From an uncultured Hyphomicrobiales bacterium (GTDB taxonomy: Bacteria; Pseudomonadota; Alphaproteobacteria; Rhizobiales; Phreatobacteraceae), in the NCBI GenBank assembly GCA_964516115.1, contig CAZEZD010000001.1, positions 1-51,990 of the forward strand: DNA of 51,990 nucleotides, read 5' to 3'. The notes under the pieces were generated by a model. That model did no database searches, had not been told where the DNA came from, and was given only the letters and a program-made list of their open reading frames with translations. The translations under genes and the position numbers were made by a program. Position 1 is the stretch's first letter; every line of letters starts with the position of its first letter. This document shows positions 41,464 to 50,743 of this stretch, piece by piece.

Positions 41464-41988
41464 ATGCCAGAAACGACTGCTCAACCAATTCCAAATCGCG
41501 ATGGTAGCTACATCGGGGAATTGCGAATATTTGCGACACCTCACACTCCGAAAGACTGGCTCGAATGCAATGGTGCCACGTTCAAGGTCAAAGACTACCC
41601 TCAGCTTGCGAAGGTGATAGGTAATATCTGGGGCAGCAAGACTAAGGACGAGTTCTGCTTACCCGACCTGCGAGGTGTTTTTCTGCGCGGTTGGAATCAT
41701 GGAAGGACTGATGAATTTTGCGATCCCGAATCTGGAGATCGGCGGTTGCCCGTGGGCGCCCCGGGTACAGCCAAGGATGTCGTTGGATCCTATCAGTCAG
41801 ACCGGGTTGGACCCCACACCCACACGATCACCGCCGTAAACAGTTGGGGTGACAAGTGGGGCGGGGCTGCAGGATGGGGCTATGACAACGGGAAGCAGAA
41901 TTCCTCTACCATCGGAACTGACGCTTTCGCATCCACCGAGACGCGCCCACGGAATGCCTCGGTGCTCTACTGCATTCGGGCCAAATAG
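41464..41988 (+). CDS. Phage tail-collar domain protein (orphan, low-GC)
   Basis: IGELRIFA..PKDWLECNG..YPQLAKVIG..F.LPDLRGVFLRGW, VGSYQSD..HTH and ETRPRNASVLYCIRAK; codon usage is visibly AT-richer than the flanks. Confidence 0.85.
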   Translation: MPETTAQPIPNRDGSYIGELRIFATPHTPKDWLECNGATFKVKDYPQLAKVIGNIWGSKTKDEFCLPDLRGVFLRGWNHGRTDEFCDPESGDRRLPVGAPGTAKDVVGSYQSDRVGPHTHTITAVNSWGDKWGGAAGWGYDNGKQNSSTIGTDAFASTETRPRNASVLYCIRAK

Positions 41989-42030
41989 TAGGAACTGAGG
42001 ACCCTCCAATAAAGGTGGCTCTCGCGACCG

Positions 42031-45000
42031 CTACTTGTTTTTGCGAATCGTGAGGGCCATTGCCTCCAGCATCTCATCGAGACGACCGGGCTCGATCGCC
42101 ATGATGTCCGGCACCGCCGTCCACACGAGCCAGGCCTCCACCGGCCGGTCCGGAACGATGCCGGCGATGAGCGCACGATAGATGGCCAGCTGCGCGACAT
42201 AGGCGTCCGGTACGGCGGACGCGCTGTCCGGCGCCGGAACGTTGGTCTTGAAGTCGGCGATGATGACGCGGTCCGGGGCAATCAGCAGCCGGTCGATCTG
42301 GCCCGAGACCGGTCGCCCGGCGAGCCGGCCGGCCAGTGGCACCTCGGCCCGGCCGCCCGGCCCGAACAGCGGCGCGATGCGCGCATCCGTCATCAGCCGC
42401 AGCGCCTCCGTCGCGAGACCAGCGCTGGTCTCCTCGTCGATGTCGCTTTGCGCGGCGAGGAACCTGGCCGCGGCCTCGGCGCGGCTGTCCGGGGGCAGGT
42501 CCGGCAGCGACTGCAACAGCCGGTGAACGATCGTGCCGCGTCGCAAGGCGGCTTCGCGCCGCGCCAGTGACGCCGGCGTTGCCGTCGCCGGCAGGTCCTG
42601 ATGCCCACCGGCCGCAAAGGGCGTGAGGGCCCGGGCCGGAGCCGTGACGGCGGGCGCCGGCCGTGTCAGCCAGTCGGGCAGCGCGGTCGTCGCTCGCGTA
42701 TCGACGCTCACCGGATGGGAGACCGGCCGGACGGCCGGGCCCTTGCGCCAGCGCTTCACCGGCCCCTCGCCGTCGTCCGCCTCCTCCTCCACCGCCTCCG
42801 GTCCGATGGTCCGCGCGATGATCTCGTACCAGACATCCGAATCCGGGCGCCTCGGCCGTGCGCCGCAGACGATGAGCCGGTCGGCGGCGCGGGTCATGGC
42901 CACATAGAGCAGCCGGCGATATTCCTCCGCCTGCGCCTCCCGGCTCTGCTGCCGGGCGGCCGCCACGATGTCGATGTCGGCCTTCGACGAAGGCGACCAG
43001 ACGAGGCGCGGCGGCGTGTCCGCCGGGGCGTTGGGCGGCGCGATGGCGAAGATCTTGGGGTCGTGATGGCTGCCGGGCTTTCCCATCGTATCGGCGAGGA
43101 AGACGATGTCGGCTTCGAGCCCCTTGGCGCCGTGCACGGTCATCACGCGCACCTCGTTGCGGCCGAGCTCCATGTCGCGCTTCACGTTCAGTTCGGCCGC
43201 CCGCATGTGGGCGATGAAGCCGCGCAGGGTCGGGATCTCGCGGGTCTCGAAGTCGAGCGCCATGGTCAGGAACTCGTCGATGGCGTCGGCCGCCTCCGAC
43301 CCGAGGCGCGCCAGCATGGCCCGGCGGCCGCGGTCGCGCGACAGCACGCGGGAATAGAAGGCCGCGGGTGACAGGGTGCGGACCTCCTCGCGCCAGGCGG
43401 CGAGACGGGCTGCGGCCGGGTGTTCGTCCTCGACCAGCGCGTCCCACAGCGATCCCGTCCGCCCTGAGGCGAGTTCGAGCAGTTCGTCCTCGCTCACCCC
43501 GATCAATGGGCTCTTCAGCACCGCCGCCAGCGACAGGTCGTCCTCCGGCGTCAGCAGGCAGTCGCCGAGCGCCAGGAGATCCATGACGGCGATATGCTCG
43601 CCGAGCACCAGCCGGTCGGCGCCGGCCACGGGGACGCCGGCATTCTTCAATGCGCGGATGATGCTCTCGAAGATCGCGCCGCGCCGCCGTACAAGAACGA
43701 GGATGTCGCCGGCGCGGATCGGGCGGTCGCGGTCCGGAAGGCGATGACCCCTGTCGAGCCAGAGCTTCACGTGGCCGGCGATGCGCCCGGCGAGCCGGTC
43801 CACCGGGTCGCCGAGGCCTGGCGCATCGACCGGCGCCGTCCATGGCGAGGCGTCCTCGGCTTGGTCCGGCTCCATCGGCGGCCAGAGCTCGACGAGGCCC
43901 GGTGCTGCGGCCCGCGCCGCCGCATGGGGGGTCAGCGGGCCGGGATCGAAGGACAGGCCGCGCCGTGCATCGATGTCGTCGAAGACTCTATCCACCGCGG
44001 TGAGCACCGCTTCCGTCGAGCGGAACGAGAAGTTCAGGCGGATGTCCTTCTCGAACGGCCGCGCGGCCTTGAGGAAGCGGGCGGCGAAGCGGCTGCGCAG
44101 CGTGCCGAACTGGCGCGGCTCCGCGCCCTGGAAGGAGTAGATCGACTGCTTCTCGTCGCCGACGACGAAGAGCGTCCGCGCCACGTCGCGCGCGCCGTCG
44201 CCTGAGGTGAATTCGTCAACCAGCGCCTCGACGATGTCCCACTGATCAGGACTGGTGTCCTGCGCTTCGTCCACCAGCACGTGGTCGATGCCCTGGTCGA
44301 GCTTGTAGAGAATCCAGCGGGCCGAGACGTTCCGGAAGAGGTCGCGCGTGCGCGCGATTAGGTCGGAGAAGTCGAGGGCGCCGTGCGCCGCCTTCTCGCG
44401 CTCGACGCGGGAGCAGATGGCCTGTGCGAGGGTCAGGAGCGCCGCCGTGCCGTCGCGCAAGGCCGCCGCCTTGCGGCGGGCCTGCAGCACGAGAAGCCGG
44501 TCCTGCTCCTGCTCCATCCGGGCGGCGAGGCCCGGCTCCTTCGTCTTCACGGCCTTGGTGACGACGTCCTTGCGCCGTTCGCCGGCAGCCGTGAAATAGA
44601 TCGACTGGTAGAGCATGCCGGCACGCGCAGGGTCAGCCGCGGCGCCGCGGAGAATCTGCGCGACATCCCGCTCGCGTTTCGCCGTCGAGACATGAACGAG
44701 CGTCTCCGCCACGCCACGCCATTCGGACGGCGGGATCAGTGCCTCGGCCGTCACCGCCGCCATGAGAGAGGCTTCGGTCTCGCCCGGCATCAGGCCGAGC
44801 GTGTCGCCGAGGCTCGCCATGGCGCGGTCGAGCCCGCCGCGCGCCGCGATGTCCGTCGCGATGGCCTCACGCGCCATCAGCGCCTCGCCGAGCAGATCAT
44901 CGACCGTCTCGTCGGCGGCCACCGTCGCCAGATGCGCCATGGCCTTGCCCAGGGCGCCGTCGGGCGCGGCCGCCGCCTCCAGCAGCACCTCGAGCTTGGC

Positions 45001-45486
45001 GCGTCGGACGAGTTCGCCATGGCCCAGCTCATCCAGCACCGAGAACTGGGAGGCGACATTGGCCTCGAAGGGGAACTGGTGCAGGACCCGTTCGCAGAAG
45101 GCATGAATGGTCTGCACCTTCAGCCCGCCAGGCGTCTCCAGCGCCTCTGCGAACAGGCGGCGCGCCCGGCGCAGCGCCGCCGCGTCATGATGCCCGCCGT
45201 CGAGGTCGTGCAGCGTGGTCCGCAGGGTCGCGTCATCCATCAGCGCCCATTGTCCCAGAAGCTCGAAGACGCGGTTGGCCATGGTCGCCGCTGCGGCCTT
45301 GGTGAAGGTCAGGCAGAGGATCGCGCCGGGCGGTGTTCCCGCCAGCATCAGCCGCACCACGCGGCGGGCCAGCACATAGGTCTTGCCCGACCCGGCATTG
45401 GCCGAGACCCAGGCGGAGTGGGCGGGGTCGGAGGCCTTGCGCTGGGCGGCGACGGCCTCCGGCGGGGCGGCGATCCTGCGGCTCAT
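42031..45486 (-). CDS. addA: Double-strand break repair helicase/nuclease AddA
   Basis: SANAGSGKT, LTFTKAAA, LVDEAQDT, VGDEKQSIYSFQGA, MTVHGAKGLE, LLYVAMTRA and nuclease GQIDRL..DFKT. Confidence 0.96.
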   Translation of the reverse strand: MSRRIAAPPEAVAAQRKASDPAHSAWVSANAGSGKTYVLARRVVRLMLAGTPPGAILCLTFTKAAAATMANRVFELLGQWALMDDATLRTTLHDLDGGHHDAAALRRARRLFAEALETPGGLKVQTIHAFCERVLHQFPFEANVASQFSVLDELGHGELVRRAKLEVLLEAAAAPDGALGKAMAHLATVAADETVDDLLGEALMAREAIATDIAARGGLDRAMASLGDTLGLMPGETEASLMAAVTAEALIPPSEWRGVAETLVHVSTAKRERDVAQILRGAAADPARAGMLYQSIYFTAAGERRKDVVTKAVKTKEPGLAARMEQEQDRLLVLQARRKAAALRDGTAALLTLAQAICSRVEREKAAHGALDFSDLIARTRDLFRNVSARWILYKLDQGIDHVLVDEAQDTSPDQWDIVEALVDEFTSGDGARDVARTLFVVGDEKQSIYSFQGAEPRQFGTLRSRFAARFLKAARPFEKDIRLNFSFRSTEAVLTAVDRVFDDIDARRGLSFDPGPLTPHAAARAAAPGLVELWPPMEPDQAEDASPWTAPVDAPGLGDPVDRLAGRIAGHVKLWLDRGHRLPDRDRPIRAGDILVLVRRRGAIFESIIRALKNAGVPVAGADRLVLGEHIAVMDLLALGDCLLTPEDDLSLAAVLKSPLIGVSEDELLELASGRTGSLWDALVEDEHPAAARLAAWREEVRTLSPAAFYSRVLSRDRGRRAMLARLGSEAADAIDEFLTMALDFETREIPTLRGFIAHMRAAELNVKRDMELGRNEVRVMTVHGAKGLEADIVFLADTMGKPGSHHDPKIFAIAPPNAPADTPPRLVWSPSSKADIDIVAAARQQSREAQAEEYRRLLYVAMTRAADRLIVCGARPRRPDSDVWYEIIARTIGPEAVEEEADDGEGPVKRWRKGPAVRPVSHPVSVDTRATTALPDWLTRPAPAVTAPARALTPFAAGGHQDLPATATPASLARREAALRRGTIVHRLLQSLPDLPPDSRAEAAARFLAAQSDIDEETSAGLATEALRLMTDARIAPLFGPGGRAEVPLAGRLAGRPVSGQIDRLLIAPDRVIIADFKTNVPAPDSASAVPDAYVAQLAIYRALIAGIVPDRPVEAWLVWTAVPDIMAIEPGRLDEMLEAMALTIRKNK

Positions 45487-48400
45487 TCGCCGCCTCCCTG
45501 GCCCGTCGACCATTCCTTGACCCGCGCCAGATGGGCATAGTCGTTGGACCGCCCTCCGACATATTGCGGCATGGCCCAGGAGAGGTAGCCGCGGCGCTCG
45601 TCCTCGTAGGCGGCGATCAGGGTTTTCAGCCCGGCCAGCGTCTGGTCGACGAGCTCGTCGAGCGTCCTGTCCTTGGGATCAATGGGTATTAGCTTCCCGG
45701 CAGGATCGCGCCCTCCAAGTTTGGCGTAGATGAGAGCGGAAACGGCAAGATCGGCATCAATGTCCGGGAAGCCACCGGCCTTCAACACCGCTGCCTCAAG
45801 AGCGAGCTGCGGGGCGAGCCCCGATAGGACTTGCGGGTTACTCGGCGGGTTGCCGGTCTTGTAGTCGAGGATCTCGGCCCGCCCGTCGGCGGTCACGTCG
45901 ATCCGGTCGGCCTTGGTGGTGAGGCGGAAGGTCCGCCCGGCCGGGGTGTCGAACTCCAGATGGCCCAACCTCTCGGCATGGGCGGTTACGAAGTTCTGCC
46001 GGCGCTCGTCGTCCGCCACCGCGAACCAGGCGGCGATTCGCAGGAAGCGCGGCCACCAGACCGCCCGCACGGTGGGGTCGTCCCAATAGGGTGCAAAGTG
46101 CTCTCGTCCGAGCGCCACCAGCCGGCCGGCCGGATCGGCGACCGAACCCGCGGAGGCTTCCCGCGTATAGGCGTCGAGCACGTCGTGGATGACTGTGCCC
46201 CGTTCGGCCGCGCCGGGAACCTGATCCAGCGCCTCCAGCGCCCGCAGTTTCAGCACATGACGGGCATAGACCGCATAGGGGTCGCGCTGCAGCGTCTCGA
46301 TCTCGGTCACCGACAGGCGCGTCGGCCTGAGCGCCAGCGGCGGCGCAGGATTGGGCCTCCGGATCGGGCGGGGCGCGCCCGTCTCGTCGAGGCGGTCGGC
46401 CAGGGCGACGATCCGCTCGCCGCGGGCGACGAGGTCGCCCCAGGCCGGTGCGCCGAGAACGGCGGCGAGCCGCTGCATCCAGCGCGAGGGCACGGTCGGC
46501 ACGCCGCCGGCCTTGGTTGCGCGGCTCAGCACCACCTGGCGCTGTCCGAGAAGCTGGCAGAAATCGTGGGCGGCGAGCCCGATGCGCCGTTCCGGCGGGT
46601 CGATGCCGAAGCTCGCGCGCATGGCCCGGTTCAGCCAGGGGTCGAGCCGCGTGTCGCCCGGCCAGGACCCTTCGACAAGGCCGGCCAGCACGACGCAGTC
46701 GGTCTCCAGCAGGCGCGCCTCGGGCAGGCCGAGAATGCGGATGCGGGCGCCCGGATCGGCCGGAAGGCGCACCGTTTCCGTCTGCATCAGGCTGTCGAGT
46801 GCGGCGGCATAGTCGCGTCGCGAAACGGTGAAGCCAGCCGCCGGGGCGGAGGCCGCGAGGGCTGCCAGCAGTCCGACGACCGCATCGCGCCCGATGGCCA
46901 GGGGATCGAGGCCAAGCCGTTCCAGCACCGCGGCATGGGCCGCGGCGAAGGTCGCCAGCGGCGCCTCGGCGGGCAGCGTCGAGACGGGCGACAGGGCCTC
47001 GATGGTGCGGCTGAGGAGCGTGCGGCCCGCGGCCAGCGCGGCCTCGGAGACCCGGCTCGCCGCGTCCTCAGGACGGGGCCTTTCGCTCGCCTTTGCCTGG
47101 TCGAGGGTCGCCAGCATACCGGCAAGGCCCCCCGCCGGCCGCAATCCCCTCAGGACCTTGAGCTCGATCGCCGTAATGGCGGCGTCCCGCTCCCCCCCCG
47201 CCGCGCCGCCTGCCACCGCGTCATGGGCGATGAGGGCGAGAAGGTCGGAGGGCGAGGGCTCGTCGAGGGCGAGAGCTGCCGCAACGCGCGCGACGGTGGC
47301 GGCCGGCGTGCCGGAGAGAGGTTGACCGCCGGAATCGTCGACCGCGACGTTCCACCGCGCCAGTTCAGCCATGACACGGTGCGCCAATGCCCGGTCCGGT
47401 GTGACGAGGGCCGCCTCGCGGGCAGGGTCCTCGGCCACCTCGCGCAGGACGATGGCGACCGCCAGCGCCTCCTCCCGCTCGTTGGCGGCCTCGATCACCG
47501 TCAGGTCCGCCAGCGCCTCCGGGCGCGCCATGGCGCGACCCGCCGCCCACAGGTCCGTGGTGGACGCAGGCCGCATGGCGTCGGAAACCAGGGCTTCCCG
47601 GCCATGAACGGCCGGAGGCGCCACGATCTCGACCGTCTCCCGGTCGCTGCCGACATGATCGATGAGCCGCTTGAGGCCGTATTGCGGATGGGCATGGGCG
47701 GCGCCACCGCCCGCCCCTCCGATGGCCCGCCACGAGGCCTCGTCGAGATCGGTGTCGAGGCCGGGCAGGACGAGGGCGCCGCGCGGGTGGTGGGCGACCA
47801 TGGCGAGGAGGTCGCGCGTGGCGGGGATGGAGCCGGTGGAGCCCGCAGCGATGAGCGGGCCTGTCGTCGCCGCGAGGCGGACAGTCTCCGCGGCGATGAG
47901 CCGGTCGCGACGGATCGCCGGCTCCTCCAGCCCGAGTTCGGCGAGGTGGGCCGGCCAATGGTCGCGGGCGATGGTCAGGAAGGCCCGCGTGATCTGCCAG
48001 AACTCGTCGAGGCCGGAATCGACGATGCCGTCGAGGTTCGACCAGGGCATGCGCTCCGTCGCCACCTGGTCCATCAGCCGCATGAGGTCGGCGGCGAGCG
48101 ACAGGGCGTCGGCCGTCGCGGTGGAGACGACCAGCGGATCGTCGCCCCTCAGGCGCATCACCGCCCGGTCGACGCTTTCCGCCCAGCGCCGCACCAGCCC
48201 GGCCAGAGTCAGCCGGCGGTCGAGCGAGGCGATGGGTGGTCCGATGGCATCGAGACCCAGCGCGTCCAGCGGCATGGGGTCGGCGAAGGCCCATTCCTCC
48301 TCGTCGACATCGCCGATGGGGGTGATGCGCGGCAGCAGCACCGCGCCGCCCGTGGCGAGTTCGGCGAAGATGTCGCGCATTGTCCTGCAGGCGCGGCGGT

Positions 48401-48551
48401 TGGGCAGCAGGATCGTGCCGGCCGCCAGCGACAGCGGATCGGCTGCATCCGGCCAGCCGGGAATGACGCGGCCTGCGAGAACCGCCTCGGCCAGCGTCCG
48501 CAGATGCGGGCGCGAGGCGGGAATCGTCAGGACATGCGGGTGGCTTGGCAT
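45483..48551 (-). CDS. addB: Double-strand break repair protein AddB
   Basis: LLPNRRA, AGSTGSIPAT, ALVTPDRALA, LSVTEIE..RDPY and ADRID..DYKTG..PQLALEA; overlaps the addA start. Confidence 0.95.
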   Translation of the reverse strand: MPSHPHVLTIPASRPHLRTLAEAVLAGRVIPGWPDAADPLSLAAGTILLPNRRACRTMRDIFAELATGGAVLLPRITPIGDVDEEEWAFADPMPLDALGLDAIGPPIASLDRRLTLAGLVRRWAESVDRAVMRLRGDDPLVVSTATADALSLAADLMRLMDQVATERMPWSNLDGIVDSGLDEFWQITRAFLTIARDHWPAHLAELGLEEPAIRRDRLIAAETVRLAATTGPLIAAGSTGSIPATRDLLAMVAHHPRGALVLPGLDTDLDEASWRAIGGAGGGAAHAHPQYGLKRLIDHVGSDRETVEIVAPPAVHGREALVSDAMRPASTTDLWAAGRAMARPEALADLTVIEAANEREEALAVAIVLREVAEDPAREAALVTPDRALAHRVMAELARWNVAVDDSGGQPLSGTPAATVARVAAALALDEPSPSDLLALIAHDAVAGGAAGGERDAAITAIELKVLRGLRPAGGLAGMLATLDQAKASERPRPEDAASRVSEAALAAGRTLLSRTIEALSPVSTLPAEAPLATFAAAHAAVLERLGLDPLAIGRDAVVGLLAALAASAPAAGFTVSRRDYAAALDSLMQTETVRLPADPGARIRILGLPEARLLETDCVVLAGLVEGSWPGDTRLDPWLNRAMRASFGIDPPERRIGLAAHDFCQLLGQRQVVLSRATKAGGVPTVPSRWMQRLAAVLGAPAWGDLVARGERIVALADRLDETGAPRPIRRPNPAPPLALRPTRLSVTEIETLQRDPYAVYARHVLKLRALEALDQVPGAAERGTVIHDVLDAYTREASAGSVADPAGRLVALGREHFAPYWDDPTVRAVWWPRFLRIAAWFAVADDERRQNFVTAHAERLGHLEFDTPAGRTFRLTTKADRIDVTADGRAEILDYKTGNPPSNPQVLSGLAPQLALEAAVLKAGGFPDIDADLAVSALIYAKLGGRDPAGKLIPIDPKDRTLDELVDQTLAGLKTLIAAYEDERRGYLSWAMPQYVGGRSNDYAHLARVKEWSTGQGGGE

Positions 48552-48607
48552 GGCCTAGTGGTGGCCCGCCGGGGCCTGTTCCACAAGGGCATGCATGGCA
48601 GCAGGCG

Positions 48608-49519
48608 TCACGCCGGGGGCGTGTAGCCTTTCGGCAGGCGGGCACGTTCGATCTGCGACAGGTCGCAGGCGACGTCGACCATGGCCGAGAAATCGTTCTG
48701 GCCGTATCCGCGGGCCCTTGCCTGCGAGAAGGCCTCCCTTGCAGCCGCGGCGACGGGCAGCGGCACGCGGGCCGCATTGGCCGCCTGGACGATCAGGGTG
48801 AGGTCCTTGTGGGCGAGGTCGATGGAGAAGCCCGGCTCGGTGTCGCCCGCCAGCACCTTGTTCGGCCAGTTCACCTTGAGCTGACCGTTGGTCGCCGTGG
48901 TGCCGTAGAGCACGTCGAGCGTCTTGACCAGGTCGAGGCCGAAGCGCTGCGACAGGGAGAGGGCCTCGGCATTGAGCTGGCAGAGGATGATGGCGAGGTA
49001 GTTGTTGACCAGCTTCATGCGCGTGCCCGCGCCCGGCCCGCCGGAATGATGGATGGTGGTGCCCATGGCCTGCAGCAGCGGCAGGGCGCGCTGGTAGTCG
49101 GCATCGTCCGCCCCCACCATAAACAGGCTCTGGCCGCGGTCGGCATGCCAGGCGAGCCGTCCGACGGGCGCATCGACGGCGGTCATGCCGCGCCGGCGCG
49201 TTTCTTCGTGCAGGCGGTCGGTTGTCTCCGGGTCGATGGTCGACATGTCGAGGATCAGGGTGCCGGGCCTGGCGTGGTCGAGCACCCCGCCGGGCGCGAG
49301 GATCACCTCGCCCACCTCCTTGCCGGTCGGCAGCATGGTGACGATGATGTCGCAGGCAGCAGCGATCTCCGTCGGCGTGGCGCCGGTCGCGCCGAGGGCC
49401 TCGAGCGCCGCGACGGGCGTGTCCACCACGTCATAGACCATGAGCGAGAAGCCTTTGGTCTGCAGGTTCGAGGCCATGCCCCGCCCCATCTTGCCCAGTC
49501 CGATGAATCCGACCGTCAT
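48608..49519 (-). CDS. Beta-hydroxyacid dehydrogenase family reductase, YihU (sulfolactaldehyde reductase)-like
   Basis: GFIGLGKMG, DMSTI, DAPVGR, KLVNNY and WPNKVLAGD..PGFSIDLAHKDL, close to the E. coli YihU C-terminal segment as recalled. Confidence 0.8.
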   Translation of the reverse strand: MTVGFIGLGKMGRGMASNLQTKGFSLMVYDVVDTPVAALEALGATGATPTEIAAACDIIVTMLPTGKEVGEVILAPGGVLDHARPGTLILDMSTIDPETTDRLHEETRRRGMTAVDAPVGRLAWHADRGQSLFMVGADDADYQRALPLLQAMGTTIHHSGGPGAGTRMKLVNNYLAIILCQLNAEALSLSQRFGLDLVKTLDVLYGTTATNGQLKVNWPNKVLAGDTEPGFSIDLAHKDLTLIVQAANAARVPLPVAAAAREAFSQARARGYGQNDFSAMVDVACDLSQIERARLPKGYTPPA

Positions 49520-49607
49520 GTCTGTCCTCCCAATTGTCCATCTTGTATCGGTGCGGGCGCGGCGTCATGGTCCGCCCCTCGCGAAGGACGCGGAGCCTAG
49601 CCAGCGG

Positions 49608-50156
49608 ATGAACGCCTTGCACCCTCAAGCTTTGCATGCCTCGCCCGCCGGATGGCCGGGCGACATCTTCACCGCGCTGAAGGCGGCTTCCGTCCGGCAA
49701 GTGGCTTATGTGCCGGACGGCGGCCATGCCGAGCTGATCCGGGCGGTGCATGCCGACCCCGCCATGATCGGCATTCCGCTGACGACGGAGGAGGAGGGCG
49801 TGGCCCTCGTCTCCGGCGCCTGGCTCGGCGGCGACCGCGCCTGCCTGCTCATGCAGTCTTCCGGCGTCGGCAACTGCGTCAACATGCTGTCGCTGGTCCG
49901 CAACATGGGCGGTCCCTTCCTGACCTTCGTGACAATGCGCGGCGAGTGGGGCGAGTTCAATCCCTGGCAGGTGCCGATGGGCACCGGCACGCCGGACGCC
50001 TTCCGCCTGATGGGCGTGCATGTGCTGCGCGCTGACAGGCCGGAGGAGGTCGGTCCCGCGACCGCCGCCGGCATCCGCATGGCCTATGAGGGCGGCAGCG
50101 CCGTCGCCGTTCTCCTCGCCCAGCAGCTCATCGGCGCCAAGGTCTTCGTGAAATGA
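49608..50156 (+). CDS. ThDP-dependent decarboxylase alpha subunit (sulfopyruvate/phosphonopyruvate decarboxylase, ComD-like)
   Basis: YVPD, TTEEEGVAL..GAWLGG, MQSSGVGNCVN and MRGEWGEFNPWQVPMG. Confidence 0.82.
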   Translation: MNALHPQALHASPAGWPGDIFTALKAASVRQVAYVPDGGHAELIRAVHADPAMIGIPLTTEEEGVALVSGAWLGGDRACLLMQSSGVGNCVNMLSLVRNMGGPFLTFVTMRGEWGEFNPWQVPMGTGTPDAFRLMGVHVLRADRPEEVGPATAAGIRMAYEGGSAVAVLLAQQLIGAKVFVK

Positions 50157-50743
50157 GCAAGCCCTTGAACCGTCTCGACCGCCGCGCCGTCGTCGCCCGC
50201 CTCTTGAAGGACCGCGGCGAGGCCATCGTCGTCACGGGCCTCGGATCCCCGACCTATGACGTCGCCGCCTGCGGCGACCACGACCGCAACGTCTATCTCT
50301 GGGGCGCCATGGGCGGCTGCGCCGTGATGGCGCTCGGCATCGCACTGGCCCGTCCCGACACGCCGGTCATCGCGGTCACCGGCGACGGCGAGATGCTGAT
50401 GGGGATCGGCTCCTTCGCCACCATCGCCATGCAGGCGCCGAAGAATCTGACGGTCGTCGTGCTCGACAACGGCCTCTACGGCGAGACCGGCGGCCAGGCG
50501 AGCCATTCGGTGGTGGCCGACCTCGCCGCCATCGCCGGCGCCTCCGGCATCGCCGACGCGAGGGCCGTCGACGCCATGGGCGACGTCGAGGGGCTCGCCA
50601 CCCGCGCGACCGCGCTCGGCAACGGGCCCTGCGTCGCGGTGGTGAAGATCGACCAGGCGGAGCTCGAGCGCGTGCTGCCCACCCGCGACGGCCACGCCGT
50701 CCGCGCCCGCGTGCGCCAGTCCCTGGGGCTCTCGATCGACTGA
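50153..50743 (+). CDS. ThDP-dependent decarboxylase beta subunit (ComE-like)
   Basis: GAMG, ThDP-binding GDGEMLM...LDNGLYGETGGQ; ATGA overlap with the alpha subunit. Confidence 0.82.
   Translation: MSKPLNRLDRRAVVARLLKDRGEAIVVTGLGSPTYDVAACGDHDRNVYLWGAMGGCAVMALGIALARPDTPVIAVTGDGEMLMGIGSFATIAMQAPKNLTVVVLDNGLYGETGGQASHSVVADLAAIAGASGIADARAVDAMGDVEGLATRATALGNGPCVAVVKIDQAELERVLPTRDGHAVRARVRQSLGLSID

Noticed and set aside
41345-42030. Prophage
   Set aside because: Single tail-collar gene with no integrase, capsid, terminase or visible att repeats.
49543-49551. TGTATCGG shared with the repeat upstream of the IclR gene, as a common operator
   Set aside because: Half-site only; an 8-nt match is not meaningful over 52 kb.
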